IMG/VR virus record: IMGVR_UViG_3300024999_000034
Span: 96,001-160,000 of that record
Length of the DNA: 64,000 nucleotides
Strand: one strand, 5' to 3'
Source: a virus
Shown here: piece after piece, positions 45,735-57,135 of the stretch
How the letters are laid out: every line of letters begins with the position of its first letter
How positions within the stretch are numbered: the first letter of the stretch is position 1
Notes under the pieces: model-generated
Databases searched by the model: none
The model's input: only the letters and a program-made list of their open reading frames with translations
What the model was told of the DNA's origin: nothing
Program-made: the position numbers and the translations under genes

Positions 45735-48106
45735 ATGGAAGTAATTAAAGAAAAACAAACTGTAGAAATTGAAAAAATTATTATGACAAGGGAAGAATAT
45801 AATAGTAAAATTAAAGAAGCAAGACTTAGAGGTAGAATTGAATTAGCCAATGAGTTAAGAAGTTTAATTGTTAACTTTGATTATGTGCTAAATATTAGTG
45901 GTATTAATATATTATTTAAGCGTTTGGCAGACAAAATTATGAGCAGTTTGTATTAAAATAAAACAAATATTTCGAACTATAAAAGGAGATAAGATTTATG
46001 AAATCGTTAGAAGAAATTCTAAATGAAACAGAGAACTTACAATCTCAAATAAATGTATTATTAAAAGAAGTAAATCAATTACAAAAAGTTACCTTAAAAA
46101 ATATTTTTTGTAATCAGGAAAAGAATATAAATAAAATATTATTCAAAGTACATGAATTACAAGGAAAAGTAGATGCATTAATGTGGGTAACGCTTTAAGT
46201 TATTAATTGAAAGGAGTAAATAAATGAAAACAATACTATTTTCTATTGGAACTTTATCATTATTTATATTTTCTTATTTAGCAGGAATGGTAATGATGGC
46301 AGATAAGAAAGTTAATCTTTCAGATTTGTCAAAAACTTATGTAGTGTTTAAAGGGAATGGTAGGTTGTTTGTAATACTTTATGGTATATCTTTGATGTCT
46401 ACTGTTTTAGTTTGTTATTCATTTATGAAACTTTAAGGAGGATAAATACAATGGAAATAAATACAAATGAGATGTCTGAAAAAGAATTTTCTAATTTAAT
46501 AAAACAATTGTTATCTAAAAGATATCCAGAAGCAAATAGAATTAATATTGATATATGGAGTTATAGTAAATCCCTTGATAGTATTAAAATTGTGCCAACG
46601 TATGAATTTAAGTAGTTCCCTTAAGTTATTGTACTTATAGGACAGAGAGAAGGAGAAAAAATAATGTTTAAGAAATTTAACTACAATCTAAATCATAGTT
46701 TAGTAGGAACAATATGGGGAATATCACTATCCATAATGTTGGCTTGTTTATTTGAGTTATCTATAAATTTAGAAAGTATTATACCTAAAAGTGAATTGGT
46801 TGTAGTTTTATTAAGTGTCGCAATAATATCTAATTTTAGCATAGCGACTTATATATTATTCAAAAGTGATATTGTACCAGTCAATGTTACTTATGTGTGC
46901 CCTACTGCTAGGAAATATTTGAGTGAGCAAGAGATAAAGGAATATGAGAAAGTGGTAGAAGATGAAATTATAAATGATATAGAATTTGGCGAAGAATTGG
47001 TAAAAGCGTATAAAGAAATTTAATACAAGAAAAGAGGTATGTAAATAATGTTTAAAATGAAATCAATTCAATATAAGTTTCAACCAAAGTTTACTCCAAC
47101 AAAGGAAATATATAATAAATGTATTATAGCAGAGCCTTTTAAGTGGGATAATGGTCATGGTATTTCATTTATTATTGAAGTTGAAATTCCATTGGAAGGA
47201 AAAGTTATTGGTTCAAGATTTAAAACAATGGAAAGATATGATTATTTTGATAGAGATGTTAGAGGCAGTAATTATGAATTATCTTTATTATTTCAACCTT
47301 TATTTAATGGTGAGATAAGAGGTAAGTATGCTGAGAATGTGGTTTGGATGATATTTGATAAATTGTGTAAGAATGAGAAGTGGTTAGAGGAACACTTTAG
47401 CGAGTATGTGGAGTTTTTAGAAGAATATGAATTATGGAAATGAAAAGGAGTTGATATAAATGCCAAGACCATATTTAGTAGGTTGGAAATATGCTTTTGA
47501 AGCTTATTTCAGGACATTTAAGAGAACAAAAGCAAGTAGAAGTATGTGGATTAAGTTAGTTAAAAAAGGTTATTATTGGTTAACTACAGAAGAAAGAGTA
47601 GAAGCGAATAAGAAATGTTTTGGAGCGATTTCTGAACTAGGTAAAAATATGTTTCCTAATGGCATATCCAAAGATGACTATCGATACTCTTATAATTGTG
47701 ATGAAGATGATAATGATATAACCGAAGAAGAAAGAGAAATATTACTTCAATATCGCAAAGATAAAAAAGAAGGTAAAGTAGAGACAGTACCATTAAGAGA
47801 TATTTAAGAAAAATATGAGAAAGGAAATAAATAATGTTCAAAAAGAAATTAAACCTTGACAAATACCTATTTCTAGTAACTATATGTATTTTAATTAATC
47901 TCTTAGAATCATGGTATTTTGGTTTGAATTGGCAAGCAGTTACAATTGCAGAGAAAATATGTGATTGGATTACAACAATTCCTTTTATAATAATTTCATT
48001 TTGGTTTTTCTTTAGTAATGATTACATAGAATTTATTAAGGGATATTTTATTGTGGTAATTATGTTGTTAGTGTATGGTTTGGCGTATGGGGTAATATTT
48101 ATGTAG
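45735..48106 (+). other. Run of small hypothetical ORFs, several membrane proteins
   Basis: 46224, 46664 and 47834 are hydrophobic; RBSs present. Confidence 0.6.
46617..46642. repeat. 9-8-9 palindromic gene-boundary site
   Basis: TCCCTTAAG-ttattgta-CTTATAGGA, 1 nt after stop. Confidence 0.7.
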
Positions 48107-48153
48107 TCCAATGAGTTGTGGGTTTTATCCTAAGTTAAAAAGGAGGAAGAAAA

Positions 48154-49479
48154 ATGTATGCATGGAATCCAGTTTATAATTTTGTCTTAGAAATTAAAAA
48201 ATTATATCAAGATAAATTTGGAGACATTGATTATAGTATTCACTCCATTAAAGACAAAAATAATATGACAAAAGAATTCACTTGTTTAGAGAAATGGGTT
48301 GGTGATTTACATGTTCAAAAGTATATAGATTTAATTGAACCACTTCAAATAAATCAATTAGGAACTATGTTACTTATTCGTTATGGTAGATATAGTGATG
48401 TATTTGGTGGAGAAAATGAAATAACTAATGATAATTTCTGGGATATTCATAATGGATTTTATAAAGAATGTCGAAGTGTAGTTATTGATGTAAAAACAGA
48501 AGAAATAGTTTTAAGTCCTTTCAAGAAATTTAGAAATTTAAATGAATGTGAAGAAAATAATATCGAAATAATCACAGAAGAGATTAAGAATGCTAAGTCA
48601 CTTGAAATAACTAATAAACTAGATGGATCAATGCAAAGTGCTAGATTTTATCATGATAATATTATTATGTCTGGAAGTCAGGCAATTGATATAAATAACT
48701 CTTGGAGACTTAGAGATGGTCAAGGAATGCTGATGTCTCAGGCAAACTATGTTAATATGCTTAAAGAGAATCAAGGTTATACGTTTATATTTGAGTATAT
48801 TACGCTAAAAGATGCACATGTAGTGAATTATAAACAAGAGGACGAGGGTTTATATTTACTTGGAATGAGAAATGTTTATACTGGCGAACAGTTATCATAT
48901 GCACAAGTAAAGACTTATGCGGATATGTACAATGTAAAGATGACACATATATTTGATAAAACATTTGATGAAGTATTGAATGATGTTGATAAGTATAAAT
49001 CTCATGAGATGGAGGGATATGTTATCAATATTGATGGTCATTTAGTGAAAATTAAATGCGATGATTATGTTCAGATCCATAAGATTTTATCTAATATTTC
49101 TTCAATTAATTTAATTATTAAGCACATTGCAGACAATACATTTGATGATTTGATTAGCAAAGTCCCTGAAAGTTATCATTGGAGAGTTATGAAAGTTGCT
49201 AATTTAGTATTTAATTATATTAAAAATGCAGAAGTCGAAGTTAATAATTGGTTTAAGATTGCTCCTAAAGAAAATAAGAAAGATTTTATGATTTATATTG
49301 AACAAAATGTTCCAAGAGAACTTCGTGGATATGTAAGATGTAAATATCTGGGTAAAGAATTTAGTTATATTAAGAATGGCAATGAGCAGAGTCCTTCTTA
49401 TAAGAAGTTGAAAGAAATGGGTATTGATGAGAATTATTCTGCTATTTTCAATAGCGAGGAGTTCGGATATGCTTCATGA
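48154..49479 (+). CDS. ATP-dependent RNA ligase (T4 Rnl1-like)
   Basis: Motif I KLDGS, III FIFEY, IV EGYVI, V VKIKCDDY. Confidence 0.85.
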   Translation: MYAWNPVYNFVLEIKKLYQDKFGDIDYSIHSIKDKNNMTKEFTCLEKWVGDLHVQKYIDLIEPLQINQLGTMLLIRYGRYSDVFGGENEITNDNFWDIHNGFYKECRSVVIDVKTEEIVLSPFKKFRNLNECEENNIEIITEEIKNAKSLEITNKLDGSMQSARFYHDNIIMSGSQAIDINNSWRLRDGQGMLMSQANYVNMLKENQGYTFIFEYITLKDAHVVNYKQEDEGLYLLGMRNVYTGEQLSYAQVKTYADMYNVKMTHIFDKTFDEVLNDVDKYKSHEMEGYVINIDGHLVKIKCDDYVQIHKILSNISSINLIIKHIADNTFDDLISKVPESYHWRVMKVANLVFNYIKNAEVEVNNWFKIAPKENKKDFMIYIEQNVPRELRGYVRCKYLGKEFSYIKNGNEQSPSYKKLKEMGIDENYSAIFNSEEFGYAS

Positions 49480-50101
49480 ACTAATTAATAATCCTGAAGT
49501 ATTAAATATCTATCAATATGGTAGTAGAGTATATGGTTGCTTTACAAATGAATCAGATTATGATTATGCAATTGTCGTTACGGACGATTATAAAGACTTT
49601 GTTGACAATATTGAGTTAGAAAATTATCATTTTAACTTCTATAAATTATCTCAATGGCAAGATATGGTTAGTAGAAACTCAATAGAGACATTAGAGTGTT
49701 TATTTGTAGATAAAAAGTTTATCATCAAAGAGTCCCTAAAATTTAATTTAACAATAAATCAAGTTGAATTACGTAAATCAATATCTAAAGTATGTTCTAA
49801 CTCCTATGATAAATGTAGAAAGAAACTAATTATTGAGAAAGATTTTGCCCCTTACGTTGCTAAGAAAAGTCTTTGGCATTGCATCAGAATTCTTTTATTT
49901 GGCATTCAATGTGCTAAGTTTGGAAAGATAACTAATTACACAGAAGCAAATAAATTCTATAAAGATATTGTATTAAATGAAAGTAATGAATGGGAATATT
50001 ATAAATTAAACTGGCATGTATTTTGTAATAGTCTTAGGACTAAGTTTAGGAAGTATTCAGAGAAAGAGTGGATTGAATGGAAGGAGAAAAAAAGTAAATG
50101 A
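49469..50101 (+). CDS. Pol-beta-superfamily nucleotidyltransferase (start ATG 49469)
   Basis: YGSRVYG....SDYDY motif; RBS GAGGAG. Confidence 0.8.
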   Translation: MLHELINNPEVLNIYQYGSRVYGCFTNESDYDYAIVVTDDYKDFVDNIELENYHFNFYKLSQWQDMVSRNSIETLECLFVDKKFIIKESLKFNLTINQVELRKSISKVCSNSYDKCRKKLIIEKDFAPYVAKKSLWHCIRILLFGIQCAKFGKITNYTEANKFYKDIVLNESNEWEYYKLNWHVFCNSLRTKFRKYSEKEWIEWKEKKSK

Positions 50102-50808
50102 TTAAGTATATTCATGGTTCAGAAGATTCTATAGATATAGATGTGTTTTATGTATTTGATGAATTGCCGGACTTTAAGTTTTGTCAAGAGTTTTGTAGTG
50201 ATAAGGAAGAAAACAGAAATATTATCACTATACAAAATGGTGTGGTAGATAAATGTTTTAAGGGAACTTCTGACGAAGTTAATAATGGCCTCTATTATAC
50301 CTATCATTTACACAAACAAGAGCATCCTTTATTGGTAGAGAGATTGTTAGAAAGAGATGTGCTACACAAAGATATAAGAGCTTTTAGAGGCATCTTCTCA
50401 TATTTATCAAGAACAAAATATAGGCAGGAAATAAAACGTGGTCTAAAGAGCGATTGGACAACAAGAATCAAAATACTTGAACAAGTTGATTGGAGTGAAG
50501 TTAAGGATTTTGGAAAAATATTCAGTAAAAAAGACATATTGAAAGTTTATGCTTTTCAATTAGGTCAATCTCTAGGTTTACATGAAGGGATTGAGTTATA
50601 TACAAAGAGTACAATATCTGAACGGTATCCAGAGTTAAGAAAATATTTATACAGAGAAGACGTAGGAATAAATGATATATTGGTTTATTTGGATAAGTTT
50701 ATAAGCAAAATAAAATCTTATAAAGTTATTGAGAATGGTATGATAGTTAATTTTTGTGATTTCGGTAAGATTGTAGATTTAAAAACTGAAAAATATTTGG
50801 AGGATTAA
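50098..50808 (+). CDS. Second, divergent nucleotidyltransferase-like protein
   Basis: HGSEDSIDIDV (GS..DxD) at N-terminus. Confidence 0.5.
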   Translation: MIKYIHGSEDSIDIDVFYVFDELPDFKFCQEFCSDKEENRNIITIQNGVVDKCFKGTSDEVNNGLYYTYHLHKQEHPLLVERLLERDVLHKDIRAFRGIFSYLSRTKYRQEIKRGLKSDWTTRIKILEQVDWSEVKDFGKIFSKKDILKVYAFQLGQSLGLHEGIELYTKSTISERYPELRKYLYREDVGINDILVYLDKFISKIKSYKVIENGMIVNFCDFGKIVDLKTEKYLED

Positions 50809-50809
50809 A

Positions 50810-51724
50810 ATGAGTAAACTAATCATGATGTGTGGCCTTGTGGCGAGTGGAAAATCTTTTGTGGCAAATCAGTTAGCATTAAAAGAAAATGCAGTGATTC
50901 ATTCCTCTGATGAATTGAGAATTGAGTTATTCGGAGATGTTAATGAAGTTGATAAAAATGGAGAGGTATTTCAAGAATTGCACAAAAGAATTAAAGATGA
51001 TTTAAAGAAAGGTAAAAATGTTATATATGATGCAACTAATTTAAATCACAAGAAGCGTAAGGGATTCTTGGAAGAGTTAAAGAAATTGGATGTACGAAAA
51101 GAATGTATCTTTGTAGCAACTCCATATGAAAAATGTCTTGAGCAAAATAGGAAAAGAGAAAGAAAAGTTCCAGAGTATGTAATAAAAAGAATGTATATGA
51201 GTGTAAATATTCCTCAGTATTATGAGGGATGGAATTCTATTGAAATTGTATATAATGTAGATGGATATGATTTTGATACTAATTTATTATTCAATGGTGA
51301 GAATGGATTGAATAAAATAGATCAACACAACCCATATCACACTTTAACCATTGGTAAACATTGTCTTAAATGTTTTCAGATATGTGAGCAATTACTAGAT
51401 GACTTTGAATTGAATATGGCTGCAATGTATCATGATATAGGTAAGAGATTCACTAAAACATTTAAGAATTCTAAGGGTGAAGATACTGAGATCGCACATT
51501 ATTATCAACATCATTTAGTTTCAGCATATGATAGTTTGTTTATTTTCAATAAGCAAGGGTTTGAACCAGAAACGATTCTAAAGACTACTAATTACATACA
51601 GTGGCACATGATGCCATTCTTTCTTGATACAGATAAGTCCAAAAATAAATTTATTAATTTAGTTGGTCAAGAATTTTATGATAAATTACTAATTTTGCAT
51701 GAAGCAGACAAATTGGCAAAATAA
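50810..51724 (+). CDS. Polynucleotide kinase (AAA_33 P-loop) fused to HD phosphohydrolase
   Basis: CGLVASGKS, SSDELR, DATN, R..RER.VPEYVI; C-terminal H..AAMYHDIGK..AHYYQH..LHEAD. Confidence 0.88.
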   Translation: MSKLIMMCGLVASGKSFVANQLALKENAVIHSSDELRIELFGDVNEVDKNGEVFQELHKRIKDDLKKGKNVIYDATNLNHKKRKGFLEELKKLDVRKECIFVATPYEKCLEQNRKRERKVPEYVIKRMYMSVNIPQYYEGWNSIEIVYNVDGYDFDTNLLFNGENGLNKIDQHNPYHTLTIGKHCLKCFQICEQLLDDFELNMAAMYHDIGKRFTKTFKNSKGEDTEIAHYYQHHLVSAYDSLFIFNKQGFEPETILKTTNYIQWHMMPFFLDTDKSKNKFINLVGQEFYDKLLILHEADKLAK

Positions 51725-51926
51725 TCCAAACTTGTAACCCTACTCCCACAACATTTTTAAAACCATAAATTCCCATAAAAATCAAATTTCATTGTATGAA
51801 GGTGAAGGTGGAAAATAAATGAATAGAATATTTGATAATTGGTTGACTTGGGCGGTAATTGGCTTTTCTATATATTGTATTCTTGAATTATTAATAGATA
51901 AAGGTGTTTTAAGATAAATATAAGAG

Positions 51927-54801
51927 GTGGTATTAATAATTATGAAAAGAGTAAATGTTACATATTTTAAACCAAGTGGGAAGTATTATACTCATGAAGA
52001 AATTGAGATTTCAAATGAACTTAGTGGTTATCATGCACTTTTTGAAGAAATACCTAAACACCATAGAATTAAAAATATGTTTATGTTGGTTCAAGATGGT
52101 GATGATAACTTAGAGCCATATATTGTTCCGCATTTATTTAGACCCTTAGAGACTTGGGAATAAAGTGTCTAATATGAAAGAGTTATTTTCTGGGAAATTA
52201 GAAAGGAGGTAAATTTAATGAAAGAATATTGGAATCGTCTTAAAATTAATGATATTAAATCTGTTTCATCAGGTGTTGGAGGTAGTTATTCATATATAGG
52301 TGGTGAAAACGAAGAGTATTTCGATGTAATAATGAAAGATGAATCTAAGCATACTTTCCATTACATAACCAAAGATAAAACAAGATATGGCAGAATAGCA
52401 AGAAAAGAATTAAAACAAATTTTAAATGAACGAGACAACGTTTCAGAAATGTATTATTTATATACTAGTGTATTTGCCAGAATTAATGGAGAGTCAATTA
52501 AAGTTGGATATGAAGTAGAAAATATCTTAGATGAATATGAAAATTTCAGCTTATTAGAAATTGATAAATTAAGAAAAGAATTTAAAATTGGTGATAAGGG
52601 TTTTAGAAGTCTAGTGTATATACATGTATTTGAAATAAAAGATAATAAAATTATGCGTCCAATTGAACAAAGATGGTTGGATCAATTAAGTAGTATGGGG
52701 TATGATATTTCAAAAATAGAATATACACTTTATGAAAAAGATATTAATTATAATTGATTTCTGGTAAAGAAAGGATAATAAATATGAAAGATAACCCTAA
52801 TTGTAAAATATGCAAATTAAAATGTTGTGGATGTCAAAGTTATGAAACTTGCTTAATGCGCAAAGGCGAAAATGGTCATAAAATAGAAGATTGTACATTC
52901 ATGGCAAGTAAATATTATTTATTTGGTGATTATTTGAGTTATGAAAAAGGTTTGAATATGAGGTTGTGTAATTACGATGAAGTGTGTAAGAGTTTGGTGG
53001 ACGCTTGGATGTAAATTAACTTATAGAAAAGGAGTAATTAAAAACATGATAAACTGTTTGTGTTTTACTTGTAAAGGATGTAATAATGAAGATTATCCTT
53101 GTGAAGATGATATAGAAGATCCATGTGGTAATTGTAGCAATGGTAGAACCATTTCATGTACTGGATATTCTGTAAAATAATAATAACTTCAAAGAACACT
53201 TCGATTGGATAAGGAGGAAATATTTAAATGAAGTATAAAGAGTGTATTCAATGCAAATGTAATACATGTGAAGATGAATATTGTAAGAATGAATCATGTA
53301 ATGAAGGTTGCAGAGATAATAAATTTAATCCAGTTTTAGGTGATTGTCATGGATATTGTACGTTAGATTCACTTATAAAGGAAGATATTCAATGAAGAAA
53401 ACATATTGTGATGCATGTGAAAAAGAAGTAAAGCATAATTATCCTTTTACTTGTTTAGTACATATCTTAGATGATGGCAAATATAGTGGTGGAGGATATG
53501 TAACCACTGATGAGGTTAATGGTAAGTGGTTGAATGTATCAGGTAGAGAAGAATCAAAGGATTTATGTTTGGAATGCTATAATAAAATTTATAGTGTTGC
53601 TTGGAAAGAGTTTTTAAATATTAAGAATCTGAATAGTAAATAAAAATGGGAGTAAAATTTAAAAGAAAAGAGGAAATAGAATGAAAAATGTTACTATTAA
53701 TAATTGTATTGATTGTTCTTCACATCAGGTATTACCAGATCCAGACCCTCATGATTGGTTTTGTGACGATGATGTTAAAGTTATATGTTCTATAGGTAAT
53801 AGAGAAATTACATGTGCGTGTAGACCATATAATATTAGAAAAGAATGTGATATTCCAAAATGGTGTTTTAAATTCAAATAATGAGGTATTTTTTGGGAAT
53901 TAGTAAAATTAAAATCGTTGCTACAGTAGGCTTTCATGGTTTGGTACTTAGTATTAAACATGTCTTTTAACGTATTTGATATTAAGGAGAGAGATAATCA
54001 TGTTAATTAGTCTAAAAGAATTACTAGACGAGATTGAAAAACAAGAAGATGATTTGTCACAAGATATAGAACTAATTAGTTTTGAAAATTATCTTCACAA
54101 ATGTTCATATTGCTATAAATGGGAGAATGGAGATTGTTTAGAGAAATCTTTGCCTAATAATTGTAGTTGGGATGGCATTATGTCCATTGCTAAAGAAGAT
54201 AAAAAGAGAGATAGAGAACAAATAATTAAATATATGGAGGAAAATAAATGAGTTGTTACGCTTTTACATGTCAATGTTTCTATTGCTCAAGAGTACAATA
54301 TGGTTGCAAAAGGGACACGCCTAATAAATGTGCTGAACATAATTGTGGCTTAGACATCATTTGCTCACAACCATTGCCAGATAATTATTATATTAATCAA
54401 TGTAAAAGATTTGGAAAAGCTGAATATGATGTAGGAGCTTGTATTGATTGTAGTGTAGAAAACAAGAATTTGTTTTATGTTTGTAGAGATATTATGAGAA
54501 ATTTGAAAGAAAAGAAAGTTAGAAAGGACAATTAATCATGAAACAAGTGTATCAATGTGATTTTTGCACAATATTACTTCCAAAAGAAGAAATGGAAATT
54601 CATGAAAAAATATGCGATTACAATGTTGTAAATAAAACTTGTTTAACTTGTAAAAATGCCAGAATGAGGGATGGAAGATTACAATATTGTAGAATTGGTG
54701 TTCAAATGAATGTTCAACATGGAGTTATCATTAGAATTTATCCTATTATTGGTTGTGATAAGTGGGAATTTGGAGAACCTAATGATATGAGGAGTGTGTG
54801 A
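51927..54801 (+). other. Run of small ORFs, many strongly Cys-rich
   Basis: 52754, 53046, 53344, 53681, 54248 and 54538 carry multiple CxxC. Confidence 0.6.
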
Positions 54802-54851
54802 TTTATCAATTATATGTTGCTGTGATGGCTTTTAAGGGTTTAGAGGAATAA

Positions 54852-54927
54852 ATGACATAATGACATAATAATGTAATATTAATGTCACAGCAATGAAATT
54901 GACTATATTAGTCGAATATTGTATCAT
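54852..54927 (+). promoter_or_regulatory. Promoter with TGACAT repeats (putative operator) upstream of mazF
   Basis: ATGACATA x2 (54852, 54860), inverted ATGTCA (54882); TTGACT(54899)-17-TATCAT(54922). Confidence 0.55.
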
Positions 54928-55062
54928 GTTAATAGAAGGAGGTTTTGAAGAGATGATTTGTAAGACAGAAATAAATTTTCTGCATGGAATGTATATGCCA
55001 AGCTTTGTTTGGATATGTTATAAAAAGAGAAATAAAATTAAGAAAAGGAAGTGCTTTAAATT

Positions 55063-55446
55063 ATGTTGCAACAACAATTTAATCGGGGAGAGATATGGTT
55101 AGTTGATCTTCCATTTACAGGTAATTCAATTCAAGGTGGAGGCATTAGGCCAGTTGTGTTGTGTAGTAATAATATGGCAAATCTACATAGTCCAATTTTA
55201 CATTATGTTCCTCTTACAACTCGTAAGAAACCATCCCTCCCTACTCACACAGAAATTGACACAGATAGCGGAATAATTAGAAAATCTACTGTACTATGTG
55301 AACAAGTTATGCCATTACCAAAAACGGCTTTCAAAGAATGTATAGGATTCTGCAATGAAAAAGTAATGGATAAGGTTGATTTTTGTCTAGCTGTGCATTT
55401 AGGTTTGGTTAAACTTGTGAATAGAAATAATGTTGCTTATGGTTAA
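55063..55446 (+). CDS. mazF: MazF/PemK endoribonuclease, no recognisable MazE
   Basis: RGEIWLVDL..QGGGIRPVV..N..VPLTT..LPTH..CEQV; catalytic Arg and Thr present. Confidence 0.9.
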   Translation: MLQQQFNRGEIWLVDLPFTGNSIQGGGIRPVVLCSNNMANLHSPILHYVPLTTRKKPSLPTHTEIDTDSGIIRKSTVLCEQVMPLPKTAFKECIGFCNEKVMDKVDFCLAVHLGLVKLVNRNNVAYG

Positions 55447-55475
55447 TAAAAATAAGAAGGAGAGATAAATAATTA

Positions 55476-57080
55476 TTGGGTAAAAATAAAACTACAGAGC
55501 AGTATAGACAAGAGTTAGAAGAATATAATTTAAAATATAATACAAAAATAAAGTTAAAGAATGGAGTTGAATATAATGGTGCTAATACTAAAATATTACA
55601 TATTTGTTCGTGTGGTAAAGAGTGGTTAGTTTCACCTTCAGGCGTTATAAATAGTAGTTCGAAAACAAGTTGTGGTTTATGTTATACGTTTGCAGAAAAA
55701 GGAATCGATAATCTAGGGTATAATTTTTTAGAAAAATATTGGGATTATAAAACAAATAACGAATTAGGAATTGATCCTTGGAAAATTAGTTGTAGTTCTG
55801 GAAAAGATGTTTATATATTTTGCCAAGAGAAAGATTATCATGGAAGTTATAAAGTACGTTGTGTTGATTTTAGTAATGGAAGTAGGTGTGGTTATTGTCA
55901 AGGATACTATTTGGTTCATCCTTTAGATAGTTACGGACAGTATTTAATTGATTCATTTGGAATAACCGCAATAGAACTGTATTGGGATTATAATATAAAC
56001 ACTGTTGATCCTTGGAAGATTACAAAACAATCAAATAAGATGGTATATATTAAATGTCAGAGGAAATATTATCATGGAAGTTATGGCATCAAGTGTAATG
56101 ATTTTGTAAGAGGTGATAGATGCGGATATTGTGGAGGTAAAAAAGTACATCCATTGGACAGTCTAGGAACACTACATCCAAAATCACTAGAATTATGGTC
56201 AAATATAAACAAAAAATCACCATATGAATATATGTCTGGAAGCGATATGGAAGTTTGGTTTAAATGTGGCAACAAGAGACATGAAGATTACCAAAAAAGA
56301 ATATATAATGCAGTAAATTGTAATTTTAGATGTCCAGTATGTTCTCAAGAGCAAAAAGAATCTGTCATGGCCTCCACACTAAAGCAGGTATTAAGATATG
56401 AATACAGTCATACAAAATGGGAATATGACGCAGGATTTAAAATAGATAATAATATTAGTAGGTATGATATTTATGTTCCAGAATTGAATAACTTATTAAT
56501 AGAATGCCAAAGTGAATATCACGATGATGAAAAACATATTATTAACGATCAACTTAAAAAACAGTTTGCTATTGATAATGGATATGAATTTATAGCAATA
56601 GATAAAAGAGATTTTACAATAATAGAAATACTGAAATTTTTTATACCACATATAGATAAAATCCCTGATTATATACAAATAAATAAAAATACAACAAGAA
56701 GCTGGGACATAGAAAACGCTCAAAAACTACTAGATACTGGTCATACATACATAGATATAGCCAATATATTAGAAACGTCAGCTACAGCAATACGTGCAAG
56801 TGTAGGCGATAATGGTTTAATTAAACCAAATAATTATATTTTCCAAGGTGCAAATATAGTTTGTTTATCTATGGATAATAATTTAATAAAAACATATAAT
56901 TCATGTACTTCTGCTGCCAAAGATTTAGGAAAAGCAAATGGAACAAGTATTAGTTCATGTTTGACTAAAAAGCCTCGTTCAGATACTGGGAAAATACGTG
57001 AAACAGCTTTTGGTTTTAAATGGATGTATCTAGTAGATTATGAGAATATGGTCAAAGATCAAAATAATAAACCTCCGTAG
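55476..57080 (+). CDS. Zn-ribbon repeat (DUF4379-like) endonuclease with C-terminal NUMOD1-like domain (TTG start)
   Basis: YWDY..N..DPW..CQ..YHGSY..RCGYC repeats; YDIYVP..IECQSEYH; KTYNS..AAKDLG..ISSCL..TAFGFKW. Confidence 0.75.
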   Translation: MGKNKTTEQYRQELEEYNLKYNTKIKLKNGVEYNGANTKILHICSCGKEWLVSPSGVINSSSKTSCGLCYTFAEKGIDNLGYNFLEKYWDYKTNNELGIDPWKISCSSGKDVYIFCQEKDYHGSYKVRCVDFSNGSRCGYCQGYYLVHPLDSYGQYLIDSFGITAIELYWDYNINTVDPWKITKQSNKMVYIKCQRKYYHGSYGIKCNDFVRGDRCGYCGGKKVHPLDSLGTLHPKSLELWSNINKKSPYEYMSGSDMEVWFKCGNKRHEDYQKRIYNAVNCNFRCPVCSQEQKESVMASTLKQVLRYEYSHTKWEYDAGFKIDNNISRYDIYVPELNNLLIECQSEYHDDEKHIINDQLKKQFAIDNGYEFIAIDKRDFTIIEILKFFIPHIDKIPDYIQINKNTTRSWDIENAQKLLDTGHTYIDIANILETSATAIRASVGDNGLIKPNNYIFQGANIVCLSMDNNLIKTYNSCTSAAKDLGKANGTSISSCLTKKPRSDTGKIRETAFGFKWMYLVDYENMVKDQNNKPP

Positions 57081-57135
57081 AATACATAAATAAATAATTA
57101 AAATTAGATATAGTAAAGGAGAGATACAAAAATAA

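Noticed and set aside
54893-55102. MazE antitoxin upstream of mazF
   Set aside because: The basic Cys-rich sequence has no AbrB/RHH pattern or acidic tail; it is kept only as an unassigned short ORF.
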